This document shows positions 1 to 8,174 of a stretch of DNA of 20,000 nucleotides, piece by piece; position 1 is the first letter of the stretch; each line of letters begins with the position of its first letter. The notes under the pieces are model-generated. The model saw only the letters and a list, made by a program, of their open reading frames with translations, was not told the DNA's origin and made no database searches. The stretch comes from a bacterium (GTDB lineage Bacteria > CLD3 > SB21). The stretch lies in assembly GCA_013360215.1 (NCBI GenBank), contig JABWCP010000009.1, positions 107,597-127,596 on the forward strand, in the 5' to 3' direction. A program made the position numbers and the translations under genes.

Positions 1-70
1 CTGAAACTAACCACGGCGTTCGTTTTGGCCGTACAACAATGAATGGTATTATTTTTCCGACGGAGTCCCG

Positions 71-1663
71 ATGCCTGCTCATGACCTTTTGGTCACCGCG
101 ATCCTGTTACTATTCATTGCGATTATCGTTTCGATCGGTATTCGCCGTATCCGTTTGCCCTACAGCATCGGCTTAGTCGTTGCGGGTTTTGCCGTCGGTT
201 ATCTCCGCGTTGTTCCTTCGTTTTCCATCACCCCCGAATTAGTTTTTTACATTTTCCTCCCGCCGCTTCTTTTTGATGCCGGTTTTAATGCAAACCTGAC
301 TAATCTTAAGCAGAACTGGAAAATCATATTTACGCTGGCCGTACCCGGCACGATCGTGTCGGTCGCGCTGGTCGGTTCGATCGCACATTATGCCATGGAT
401 GTTCCCTGGATGTCGGCCTTACTTTTTGGCGCTCTGATCGTTCCGACAGATACCGTTTCGATTCTATCCGTATTTAAAGAACTCAAAATTCCCACACGTC
501 TCTCCACCATCGTCGAAGGCGAGAGTTTGTTCAATGATGGAACGGCCATCATCGTATTCAAACTTATTCTCGGGCTTATCCTTGCCGAGCAGTACAATGT
601 CACTGATATCAATTATGCTTCGTTTTCGTGGCACTTGCTTTTATCGTATACGGGCGGGCTTTTGCTGGGTGCCGCTGTAGGTTACGGTGCCGGTTGGCTT
701 ATGCGCCGTCTCAAAGATCCGCTTGTCGAGATCATGTTCACGGTAATGCTGGTTTACGGTATGTACATCGTTGCCGAAAAAATCGAAATCTCCAGCATTA
801 TTGCGGTGGTGACGGCTTCTATGATGATCGGCCATTACCGGCAAAAACTCGGTATGTCACCAACGACACAGATCGCACTTTCATCGTTTTGGAATTTTAC
901 TGCATTTGCGATCAATTCGATATTATTTATTCTGATCGGGCTACAGCTTAACTTTAATAACCTGCTCGAAAATATCGGCATCATTCTGATCGGGCTTTTG
1001 GCTGTCAATATCGGACGTATCGCTTTCATTTACCCCTTTTCAAACATTCTCAATATTTTTCTTGGTCGAAGTGCTTCAACCAAACACGCCGTTATACCGA
1101 TCAAATGGCAACACGTCATGGCGCTCGGTAACCTCAAAGGATCGCTCTCGATGGCACTCGTCATTAGTTTGCCGGAATCGCTGTTGTATAAAAACCAACT
1201 AATGACCCTGACATTTGGGATCGTTTTTCTTTCGCTCGTTATCCAAGGCACAACTTTGCGTCCGATTTTACGTAGATTTCAATTGCAAACAATACCACCC
1301 GAGCAGATCGAATTTGATAAACGGCAAGGCTTGATTCTTTCGGCGAAGGCCGTTTTGGCCTCATTACAATCGGAATATACGAGCGGCATGATTACCACTT
1401 CGGTTTATAATACATTAAAAGAGCAATACGAATTTACCATCGAAAATGCGGAAAAGAGCCTCCATCGTTTGCAGGAAAAAAATCCGTCTTTAGCGGATGC
1501 ACACTTGCAGTCTGCTTATTATCAGATGTTGATCCTTCAGCGTACCGTCATACAAAACGCACAGACGCACAATATCATCAGCGATGATGCGGCGGCGGAT
1601 TTGTTGAAAAATTTTGACCAACAGATGGCCGCGCTCACGTGGAGCAATCAGGATAAAAGTTAA
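71..1663 (+). CDS. CPA1-family Na+/H+ antiporter (NhaP/NhaG-like) with soluble C-terminal domain
   Basis: About 12 hydrophobic segments. CPA1 motifs FLPPLLF, PTDTVS, VEGESLFNDG and GNLKGSLSMAL, then a helical hydrophilic tail. GGAG RBS at 62-65. Confidence 0.93.
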   Translation: MPAHDLLVTAILLLFIAIIVSIGIRRIRLPYSIGLVVAGFAVGYLRVVPSFSITPELVFYIFLPPLLFDAGFNANLTNLKQNWKIIFTLAVPGTIVSVALVGSIAHYAMDVPWMSALLFGALIVPTDTVSILSVFKELKIPTRLSTIVEGESLFNDGTAIIVFKLILGLILAEQYNVTDINYASFSWHLLLSYTGGLLLGAAVGYGAGWLMRRLKDPLVEIMFTVMLVYGMYIVAEKIEISSIIAVVTASMMIGHYRQKLGMSPTTQIALSSFWNFTAFAINSILFILIGLQLNFNNLLENIGIILIGLLAVNIGRIAFIYPFSNILNIFLGRSASTKHAVIPIKWQHVMALGNLKGSLSMALVISLPESLLYKNQLMTLTFGIVFLSLVIQGTTLRPILRRFQLQTIPPEQIEFDKRQGLILSAKAVLASLQSEYTSGMITTSVYNTLKEQYEFTIENAEKSLHRLQEKNPSLADAHLQSAYYQMLILQRTVIQNAQTHNIISDDAAADLLKNFDQQMAALTWSNQDKS

Positions 1664-1686
1664 TTTTATATACGAAAGAACCACCC

Positions 1687-3357
1687 ATGCACCGTTATAT
1701 ACTGATCATCATTTTGATGTGCCTCAGCGCATGCGGCACACGCGCCAATATTGACATGCTTGTCGTCAACGGTAAATTTGTCACGATGGACGACGAACTA
1801 AAGAATAACGAAATCGAATCCATCGCCATTCGCGATGGCCGGATCGTTGATATGGGCAAGGCCGAAGTGATGAAAAAAAAATATGTGGCCAATCGTATCG
1901 AAGACGTCAAAGGTCAACTTGTGCTTCCCGGATTAATCGATGCGCATCTGCATATGCTCAATATCGGTCATTACCTTACGCAACTTGATCTTGTAGGCAC
2001 GGAATCGTACGACCAGGTCATTACGCTGGTTCGTGATCGTGTGGCGAGTACAAACAAAGGCGCATGGATTCGAGGCCGGGGTTGGGATCAAAACGATTGG
2101 TCTAAAAAAGATTTTCCCGAACATGCCGCACTGACCGCCGTTTCGCCGGATCACTTCATCGTTCTTGAGCGCGTTGACGGGCATGCGGTATTGGTTAATC
2201 AAAATGTTTTGACAGCCGCCAAAATTAACCGTGAAACGCCCGACCCGCGGGGCGGTAAGATAATGCGCAATGCGCAGGGCGAACCCACCGGCGTACTCAT
2301 AGATAATGCGATAGACTTGCTGACACCCTATATTCCCAAATATACACTTTCCGAAGACAGTCTCGCGTTGGAAGCCGCGATGAGCGCGTGCCTCAAAGTC
2401 GGTCTCACATCCGTACATGACGCCGGCGTTGATACCAATCATATTGACGTGTATAAAGAATTGGGACGCCGCAATAAACTTCGCGTGCGGGTTTATGCCA
2501 TGCTCAATGGCTTTGATCGCCGGCTTTTGGATATGTATTACAAAAAAGGCCCCGAGAAAAATCTTTTCAACCAATTCCTTACAATTGCGTCTATCAAGCT
2601 GTATTCCGACGGTGCACTCGGTTCACGCGGCGCGGCATTGCTGGAACCGTATTCTGACAGTCCGCAATCCAAAGGCCTTGAATTGATGATGAAACCCCGC
2701 CTTGAAATCATCGCCACCGATGCGCTAAAGTGGGGCTTTCAGGTATGTACCCATGCGATCGGTGATCGCGGCAACCGCAATACGCTCGATGCTTACGAAG
2801 CCGCCATGAAAGCGGTGCCCGACAGCGCAACATATAAACGCTTTCGTATCGAACATGCCCAAGTCGTTAATGAAGCGGACATCCCGCGTTTTGCAACCCT
2901 CGGCGTGATTGCTTCGATGCAACCCACACACTGTACATCGGATATGTATTGGGCGGAAGAGCGTGTCGGCAAGGATCGTATTCGGGGTGCCTATGCCTGG
3001 CAGAAATTTATCAAAAACGGTGTGCGTTTGGCCGCCGGTTCCGATGCACCGGTCGAATCGCATAATCCATTGCTCGGTGTCTATGCGGCAGTTACGCGTC
3101 AGGATGCCAAAGGATGGCCACCGGGCGGCTGGTATCCCGATCAAAAATTATCCATACTTGAAGCCTTACGCGCTTTTACGATAGACGCCGCTTACGCGGG
3201 TTTTGAAGAAACTCAGAAAGGCAGTCTCACTGTGGGAAAAATGGCGGACATTGTCGTTTTATCCAAAGACATTACAACTGCGGATCCGCGTGAAATTCTC
3301 AACACCCATGTCGTGTGGACGATGGTCGGCGGCAAGATCGTATATCGCCAACCATGA
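1687..3357 (+). CDS. Metal-dependent amidohydrolase (Amidohydro_3, YtcJ-like), probable lipoprotein
   Basis: PGLIDAHLH metal-binding motif, KLYSDGALGSR, HAIGD, RIEHAQ, GSDAPV and GSLTVGKMAD. N-terminal h-region ends in lipobox LSAC. Confidence 0.92.
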   Translation: MHRYILIIILMCLSACGTRANIDMLVVNGKFVTMDDELKNNEIESIAIRDGRIVDMGKAEVMKKKYVANRIEDVKGQLVLPGLIDAHLHMLNIGHYLTQLDLVGTESYDQVITLVRDRVASTNKGAWIRGRGWDQNDWSKKDFPEHAALTAVSPDHFIVLERVDGHAVLVNQNVLTAAKINRETPDPRGGKIMRNAQGEPTGVLIDNAIDLLTPYIPKYTLSEDSLALEAAMSACLKVGLTSVHDAGVDTNHIDVYKELGRRNKLRVRVYAMLNGFDRRLLDMYYKKGPEKNLFNQFLTIASIKLYSDGALGSRGAALLEPYSDSPQSKGLELMMKPRLEIIATDALKWGFQVCTHAIGDRGNRNTLDAYEAAMKAVPDSATYKRFRIEHAQVVNEADIPRFATLGVIASMQPTHCTSDMYWAEERVGKDRIRGAYAWQKFIKNGVRLAAGSDAPVESHNPLLGVYAAVTRQDAKGWPPGGWYPDQKLSILEALRAFTIDAAYAGFEETQKGSLTVGKMADIVVLSKDITTADPREILNTHVVWTMVGGKIVYRQP

Positions 3358-4226
3358 AAATTCGTATTCGGATCGGAGGTTTTCTCCTTCTTTGGTACAT
3401 ACCGCGCCTGACGACGCAGCAGATTTTTTTGATGATCGGCGTCGTGTTATCCGTTTTGATCAATCTTGCGGCAATTTTTTTCATCGAAATCGTAGTCAAT
3501 CCTACCAAACCACCGCAACTTATCAGCGATAGCGAAAAAGCCGTTTTACTAAAATTACTTGAAGAACCGGATATGAGTAAGGTGCGTGATTTGCTTGAGC
3601 AACCGAAAGCCAACGATAAGGTCGCCCCAAAACCGGATGCTTTATCCGATCGCAATTCTACCACAGACGTCAAACCACCGGACGAAATAAAAAATTTCGG
3701 GTCGGTTGATGTGACACAAAACCAAGAACCGCGTCCTAAAACAGAAAATACAACTCCGCCGGATGAATCCACCGATGAAGATCGTTTTCAGAATAATATG
3801 AACGTACAGCCTTTTTTGAAGCGCAATACCAATCAGAAGTCCGTTTATGAGCGATTAACCGGTCAGGAAGATCCTTCGCAACAAGGATTTGCCGGACAAA
3901 ATTACGAACTCAATACGTATAAGTGGGAATTTGCTCCGTATATGCTCGCATGGAAAAATAAAATGACTTCTAATTGGTATCGCATCACATCCAAAATATT
4001 TTTCAGTCAGTTTGCACGTGTCGGAGAAATACTCATCTACGTCAAAATGAACAGACAAGGCCAATTGGTTGACTCCAAGGTCGTGGATTATAATTGCGAT
4101 AAATCCTTTGTTGCGCCCGCGTATGCGTCTGTCGTAAATAGTTTTCCGCTTGATCCATTACCGAATGATTTCCCGGAAGACATGCTAGAAACGACATGGA
4201 CCATTTCGATCACCAATCAGAATTAA
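3354..4226 (+). CDS. TonB/TolA-like energy transducer (single TM, Pro/charged linker, TonB_2-like C-terminal domain)
   Basis: ATG at 3354 overlaps the upstream TGA (ATGA). One TM (MIGVVLSVLINLAAIFF), a Pro/Asp/Glu/Thr-rich linker, and a C-terminal pattern Y..W..K...NW...G...I...R.G.L...VV...A..V...P..PLP..FP typical of TolA/TonB C-domains. Confidence 0.7.
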   Translation: MKIRIRIGGFLLLWYIPRLTTQQIFLMIGVVLSVLINLAAIFFIEIVVNPTKPPQLISDSEKAVLLKLLEEPDMSKVRDLLEQPKANDKVAPKPDALSDRNSTTDVKPPDEIKNFGSVDVTQNQEPRPKTENTTPPDESTDEDRFQNNMNVQPFLKRNTNQKSVYERLTGQEDPSQQGFAGQNYELNTYKWEFAPYMLAWKNKMTSNWYRITSKIFFSQFARVGEILIYVKMNRQGQLVDSKVVDYNCDKSFVAPAYASVVNSFPLDPLPNDFPEDMLETTWTISITNQN

Positions 4227-4239
4227 TCCCGCTCCCGTA

Positions 4240-5370
4240 TTATTCCAATCGGCAAATAAATCCCCATCCGCCGCCTAATTCACTGACAGCCAGGATCAAC
4301 TCGTTATCCCCTTTTTTCAGAGGTATATAAAGCGCATCATTTTCGGAATCCATGATCCCCAAAAATCCCGGATCGCGAAAATACTGTGCACTGCGCCCGC
4401 GATAGAGTATTTGCCCGTTTAGGAATACGCACACTTCATCGCTGTATCCGATATACAGTTTTTTGATTTGATCGCGATCCGACGTGATTTTTGTTTTAGC
4501 ATAAACTATTTTAGAACCGGGTTGCGCTTCCAATCGTTTAGAAAAATCATTGGCAAAAGAAACCCGCAGATGCGGTGCTTCCCGATAACGATAAAGCGTC
4601 ACCATGCCCGGCGCCTCTGTTTCTACCGATTGCCATACTATTGATTTTTTCTCAGCTTGGGTCAGCGGTGATTCGACGTTACGTGACAGCGCATCCATCG
4701 ACGGTGAAATTTCCCATTGCTTCAACACATTAGGCAGCATAGCCGGATGTTTTCTCACCCACGGAGCATCCGTAGTTTTTTTAACTTCGAAATTGGAAAA
4801 ATATGTCGCGCCGGTTAAAACCGCTAAAGCGATAGAGCCTTTCTGAATTCCGCTTTTTAGATCGTCCATCACCAATACCGGCTTATCCATATTTTTTACA
4901 AACAACCGCGCTTGCGCTCCGGAAACTTCGAGCCGTAAATGGAACCACTCGTTTTTAGGTATATCCACAGCGCCGATAAATCCCGGCCCGCTGTACAGCT
5001 GCCAATTGAGCCCCGTATTGAGGATCGGGGTATATTGCATGGCATCAGCAAGTCCTGATTTGTGTTGGCGGAGATATACCCATTCTCCGTTTACGCCGTC
5101 TTCGGATATGCGAAATTGTATCCCAAAAAAACCACGCGCCGCAGGTGTCGAAACGTCAACGTCCATAACACCGTCACGCAATTCCAAATTTTTTAAGACG
5201 GCGGCGCCGCCATTGAGAAAAACACTCTTCCGACCTTGATAATCTACAAACCCGCTTTGGCCTTGCAGATCCCATATCGTAGAATCCATAGCCATAACCT
5301 GCGAAAAAACATTTCGCGCCTGGAGGAGGCTTGTTAAAAAGAAGGCCGCAATAAAAATAAATACGCGCAT
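4240..5370 (-). CDS. Secreted hypothetical protein; N-terminal ConA/LamG-like (DUF1080-like) beta-sandwich plus C-terminal jelly-roll domain
   Basis: Signal peptide MRVFIFIAAFFLTSLLQA. Motifs GIQFR, EWFHLRLEVSG...LFV and TYFSNF resemble DUF1080/LamG folds. GYSDEVCVFLNG and LKKGDNELIL resemble a sugar-binding jelly-roll. AGGGG RBS. Confidence 0.65.
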   Translation of the reverse strand: MRVFIFIAAFFLTSLLQARNVFSQVMAMDSTIWDLQGQSGFVDYQGRKSVFLNGGAAVLKNLELRDGVMDVDVSTPAARGFFGIQFRISEDGVNGEWVYLRQHKSGLADAMQYTPILNTGLNWQLYSGPGFIGAVDIPKNEWFHLRLEVSGAQARLFVKNMDKPVLVMDDLKSGIQKGSIALAVLTGATYFSNFEVKKTTDAPWVRKHPAMLPNVLKQWEISPSMDALSRNVESPLTQAEKKSIVWQSVETEAPGMVTLYRYREAPHLRVSFANDFSKRLEAQPGSKIVYAKTKITSDRDQIKKLYIGYSDEVCVFLNGQILYRGRSAQYFRDPGFLGIMDSENDALYIPLKKGDNELILAVSELGGGWGFICRLE

Positions 5371-5412
5371 GTCGCCCCTAGGTTAAATTAATGTAATTTG
5401 TTACGTAAATGG

Positions 5413-5438
5413 TACGACGTGCGGATACTATTGTTTCA
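5413..5438 (-). promoter_or_regulatory. ECF sigma (SigW-type) promoter TGAAAC-N16-CGTA
   Basis: Minus strand reads TGAAAC aatagtatccgcacgt CGTA, an exact match to the B. subtilis SigW consensus, about 42 nt upstream of the 5370 start codon. Confidence 0.6.
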
Positions 5439-5521
5439 AAATGAATTTAAGAAAACCGACTCCGACGAGAATCACAGACACCTATTTTATTCTAAAAAAT
5501 ATTCTAAAAAGCGAATTCGAT

Positions 5522-6214
5522 TCATTGCCCTGATGTCGTTAGTTTCTTCTTGGCTGTTTCATTCCAGCGGATAACCATTTGACCAAATTCATCATCTCTT
5601 TTTAACGCCATAAAACGATTGGTCTCATCAAAAAGAAATCCATATAAACCCAACTTCATATATAGTGCGCACAAGCGATCAAAATTACTTGGTTCAAAAT
5701 ATAACGAAGGAAATTTGGAAATTAGTCGTTTGAGACTTAATAACGCTGTTTCCGCATACTGATGCTCTTCAAACCAGTAGATTGCGCGCATACGCTCGGT
5801 CAAATACGGTACAGATTGATTTTCAGCGCGTGTTTCGTTAACCCGGCCATAGGTAAGGCCAAATTTTTGATCGTTGGTTCGTTCAACCGGTTGCGAGGGA
5901 AGCTGCTCCGCTTCGATGCGCGTGATCGCAGAAACCAAGTCGCGTTTGTTATTAACAAACATATCTTCGATGTAAAAATACCCGCCGGCCGGCGCATCAT
6001 ATACATCCGTTTCGCGATAGATTTTGAGCGTGGCATCGGCTTTAGTCAAAACATATGTACGCGGCGCTATTTTTTCTTTACTCCCTAGAGGCTGCCACTT
6101 CATGGATGTAACATCCAGATACATCGCATCGCCCTTTTCGAGTTTTAGCCAAATTTCCGATTGTCCCATCAATGGTGAGGTAAGAAGAATAAAACATATC
6201 GCCTTAAAAATCAT
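5522..6214 (-). CDS. Exported protein with FecR-like N-terminal beta region and TPR-like helical C-terminus
   Basis: Start ATG at 6214 overlaps the upstream stop (6204-6206). Signal peptide MIFKAICFILLTSPLMG. KGDAMY...W.PL...I....V.T..DA.L.I resembles the start of FecR domains. AETALLSLKRLISKFP lies in a TPR-like helical region. Confidence 0.55.
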   Translation of the reverse strand: MIFKAICFILLTSPLMGQSEIWLKLEKGDAMYLDVTSMKWQPLGSKEKIAPRTYVLTKADATLKIYRETDVYDAPAGGYFYIEDMFVNNKRDLVSAITRIEAEQLPSQPVERTNDQKFGLTYGRVNETRAENQSVPYLTERMRAIYWFEEHQYAETALLSLKRLISKFPSLYFEPSNFDRLCALYMKLGLYGFLFDETNRFMALKRDDEFGQMVIRWNETAKKKLTTSGQ

Positions 6215-8174
6215 ATACGTGTACCGTTCCATGGACTACTCCGTTTTTTTGAATCACTTCATCATAATACTGGCGCACACCTTCGCGATGCGCATGTTCA
6301 AAACCACCGTTTATAACAGTTGTTTCCAGCGGCAACCAAATCGTCACGCGTCCGGTTTTATCGGGGCGGGCAACATATTCAAATTCGGATAAACCCAACT
6401 GATCCACGGCATTAACCGGAATACTCGTATCCACAAGCAAAAATACATGCCCTATGGAACCCGGTTTGGCAGTTGGAATATTGATATTTTCAGTGAGCGT
6501 CGGGCGAATATCCACCACGGCGCAAGCATGGCCTATAGCCATAAGATTGGTAGCCATAAATGCAACAAGGTCTTCGCAATCGCCGGACTTTTGTCGCAGT
6601 GTCTCCGAAGGATATTGCACACGTTCATTGACAAAAGTCGTGGTAGGATCGGATACATAACGTAAATTTTTGCCGACAGCCGTTACAAATTTTTTTAACG
6701 CATGAAACTTATTATGAAAATCTGAATACGCGGAATCGGTTCCTATGGTCAACAAATTACTTTTGGCAAACGATTGTATTTCAGGCTCATCCGGAGCTAT
6801 AAAGTAGCGCAATCCCCACGTATCGCCATCCCAGCTATGGATATCATATAATGTCACCGGAAAACTGGACAGTGTGATGTGTTTGCCGCGTACTTCACCG
6901 GTAATTTTCACCTGAGCCACCATGCCGGATTGTTCTACGCTCTGATCCGGTATGTAAAAAAATAAGGGCACCGATTTGATCTCATGTGGTGCTAAATCAA
7001 TCGAAGACGAACGAAATATTTCGCCCCACGCACCGGCTTCGGCATGTATGACAACGCTCAGGTGTTCATCCGACGCATTATGTACATCCATCTGTCCCAC
7101 CGGATTGTATGCATAATAGGCGCGCTTGGCCGTATAAACTTTTGTCTGAAAAATTTTCATATTCACCATTTTTACGTAATCGGCAGCGCGGCTTCCTGAC
7201 AAATCATAACGCAATCCGATTTGCACCGTTTTGTGAGGCAACTGATTGGTAAGTTTTCCGCTCGATATGTCGCCGTGACGATTAAGCCATTGACGAAAAT
7301 TTTGTGATCTGAAATTTTCCGCCAAATACCATGTGCTTTCGTAACCGGCAAGTAATGTGAAGCCGCCACTCAAATCGTAACTTAGATTTAATTTCCACAC
7401 TTGATAATCCGACGGCCGCAAACTTCTGTAATATTCATTGTTCACCTGTAACGCACCATATTTCAATTGTACATTACCGCCCCAAGCATCCCGGCCTACA
7501 CGCGTGGTCATCGAATGCGAACGGTAACGATATTGAACATCCAAAAACCCGCTCAACTTATTTTTCAATGCATAATGCATGCTGTCGTTACCCATGCGTA
7601 TCATTCGCCAAGGCAATATGCCTGTCGTTACGGCAAACGGACCCCAATAGCTTGTCATCGCACCATAGCCTAATAGTGACGAACGGCGATGGGATGCAAA
7701 TTCATAATCCACGTAATACACTTTTGATGTCAGTTCTTTTACCAAAGTTGACACGATTTCTTCTTTTTCAACGAGAATTTGCGAACCGAAAGCAATTTCA
7801 AATCGTGCAAAACGGCGGCGCAACTCAAGAGCCGCCGGTAAATCAACCACATACGTGTGCGCATGGTTAGTGATTTGGCTACGATCCACTAATTTAACGC
7901 TGTCGGGCAACACCAACGTCGTGGTGCCGGGCATTATCGTAAAGGGTAGTTGTTGATTCATATTCACCAATACCGAAAAGCCATACAGGCCGTGATTGTG
8001 CATATAGTGAATCCGCGATGCGACGTATTCTTTTGAAGCAAATTGGCGAGCGGTGTACTCCGATACAAACGTGAGGCGTGCATCATAACGCATAGGCCGA
8101 TACGCATCCGCATCGTTTTGCGCAAAAAGTGATGCGGATACAAAAACTAACATCAATAGTCCCCATCTAGTCAT
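6204..8174 (-). CDS. Exported multidomain protein: probable outer-membrane beta-barrel, Ig-like linker and C-terminal transglutaminase-like (Cys-His-Glu) domain
   Basis: Start MTRWGLLMLVFVSASLFA (signal peptide) overlaps the upstream stop (ATGACTAG). Amphipathic aromatic strands (FLDVQYRY, WKLNLSYDL, VQIGLRYDL). C-terminal LRYVSDP..VQYPSETL..SGDCED (Cys codon 6576-6578), GHVFLL (His 6447-6449) and WLPLETT. Confidence 0.75.
   Translation of the reverse strand: MTRWGLLMLVFVSASLFAQNDADAYRPMRYDARLTFVSEYTARQFASKEYVASRIHYMHNHGLYGFSVLVNMNQQLPFTIMPGTTTLVLPDSVKLVDRSQITNHAHTYVVDLPAALELRRRFARFEIAFGSQILVEKEEIVSTLVKELTSKVYYVDYEFASHRRSSLLGYGAMTSYWGPFAVTTGILPWRMIRMGNDSMHYALKNKLSGFLDVQYRYRSHSMTTRVGRDAWGGNVQLKYGALQVNNEYYRSLRPSDYQVWKLNLSYDLSGGFTLLAGYESTWYLAENFRSQNFRQWLNRHGDISSGKLTNQLPHKTVQIGLRYDLSGSRAADYVKMVNMKIFQTKVYTAKRAYYAYNPVGQMDVHNASDEHLSVVIHAEAGAWGEIFRSSSIDLAPHEIKSVPLFFYIPDQSVEQSGMVAQVKITGEVRGKHITLSSFPVTLYDIHSWDGDTWGLRYFIAPDEPEIQSFAKSNLLTIGTDSAYSDFHNKFHALKKFVTAVGKNLRYVSDPTTTFVNERVQYPSETLRQKSGDCEDLVAFMATNLMAIGHACAVVDIRPTLTENINIPTAKPGSIGHVFLLVDTSIPVNAVDQLGLSEFEYVARPDKTGRVTIWLPLETTVINGGFEHAHREGVRQYYDEVIQKNGVVHGTVHVYDF

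Noticed and set aside
1-42. Open frame LKLTTAFVLAVQQ-stop, possibly the 3' end of an upstream gene
   Set aside because: Only 13 codons are visible, too short to support a call.
1933-2574. 213-aa antisense ORF and similar shadow ORFs (2725-3144, 3299-3772, 11797-12237, 15722-16117, 17642-18079)
   Set aside because: They lie almost entirely within well-supported genes and have no recognisable motifs.
5488-5510. Direct repeat TATTCTAAAAA twice with a 12-bp period
   Set aside because: Low-complexity AT-rich sequence with only two copies. It could be chance or slippage and no function can be supported.
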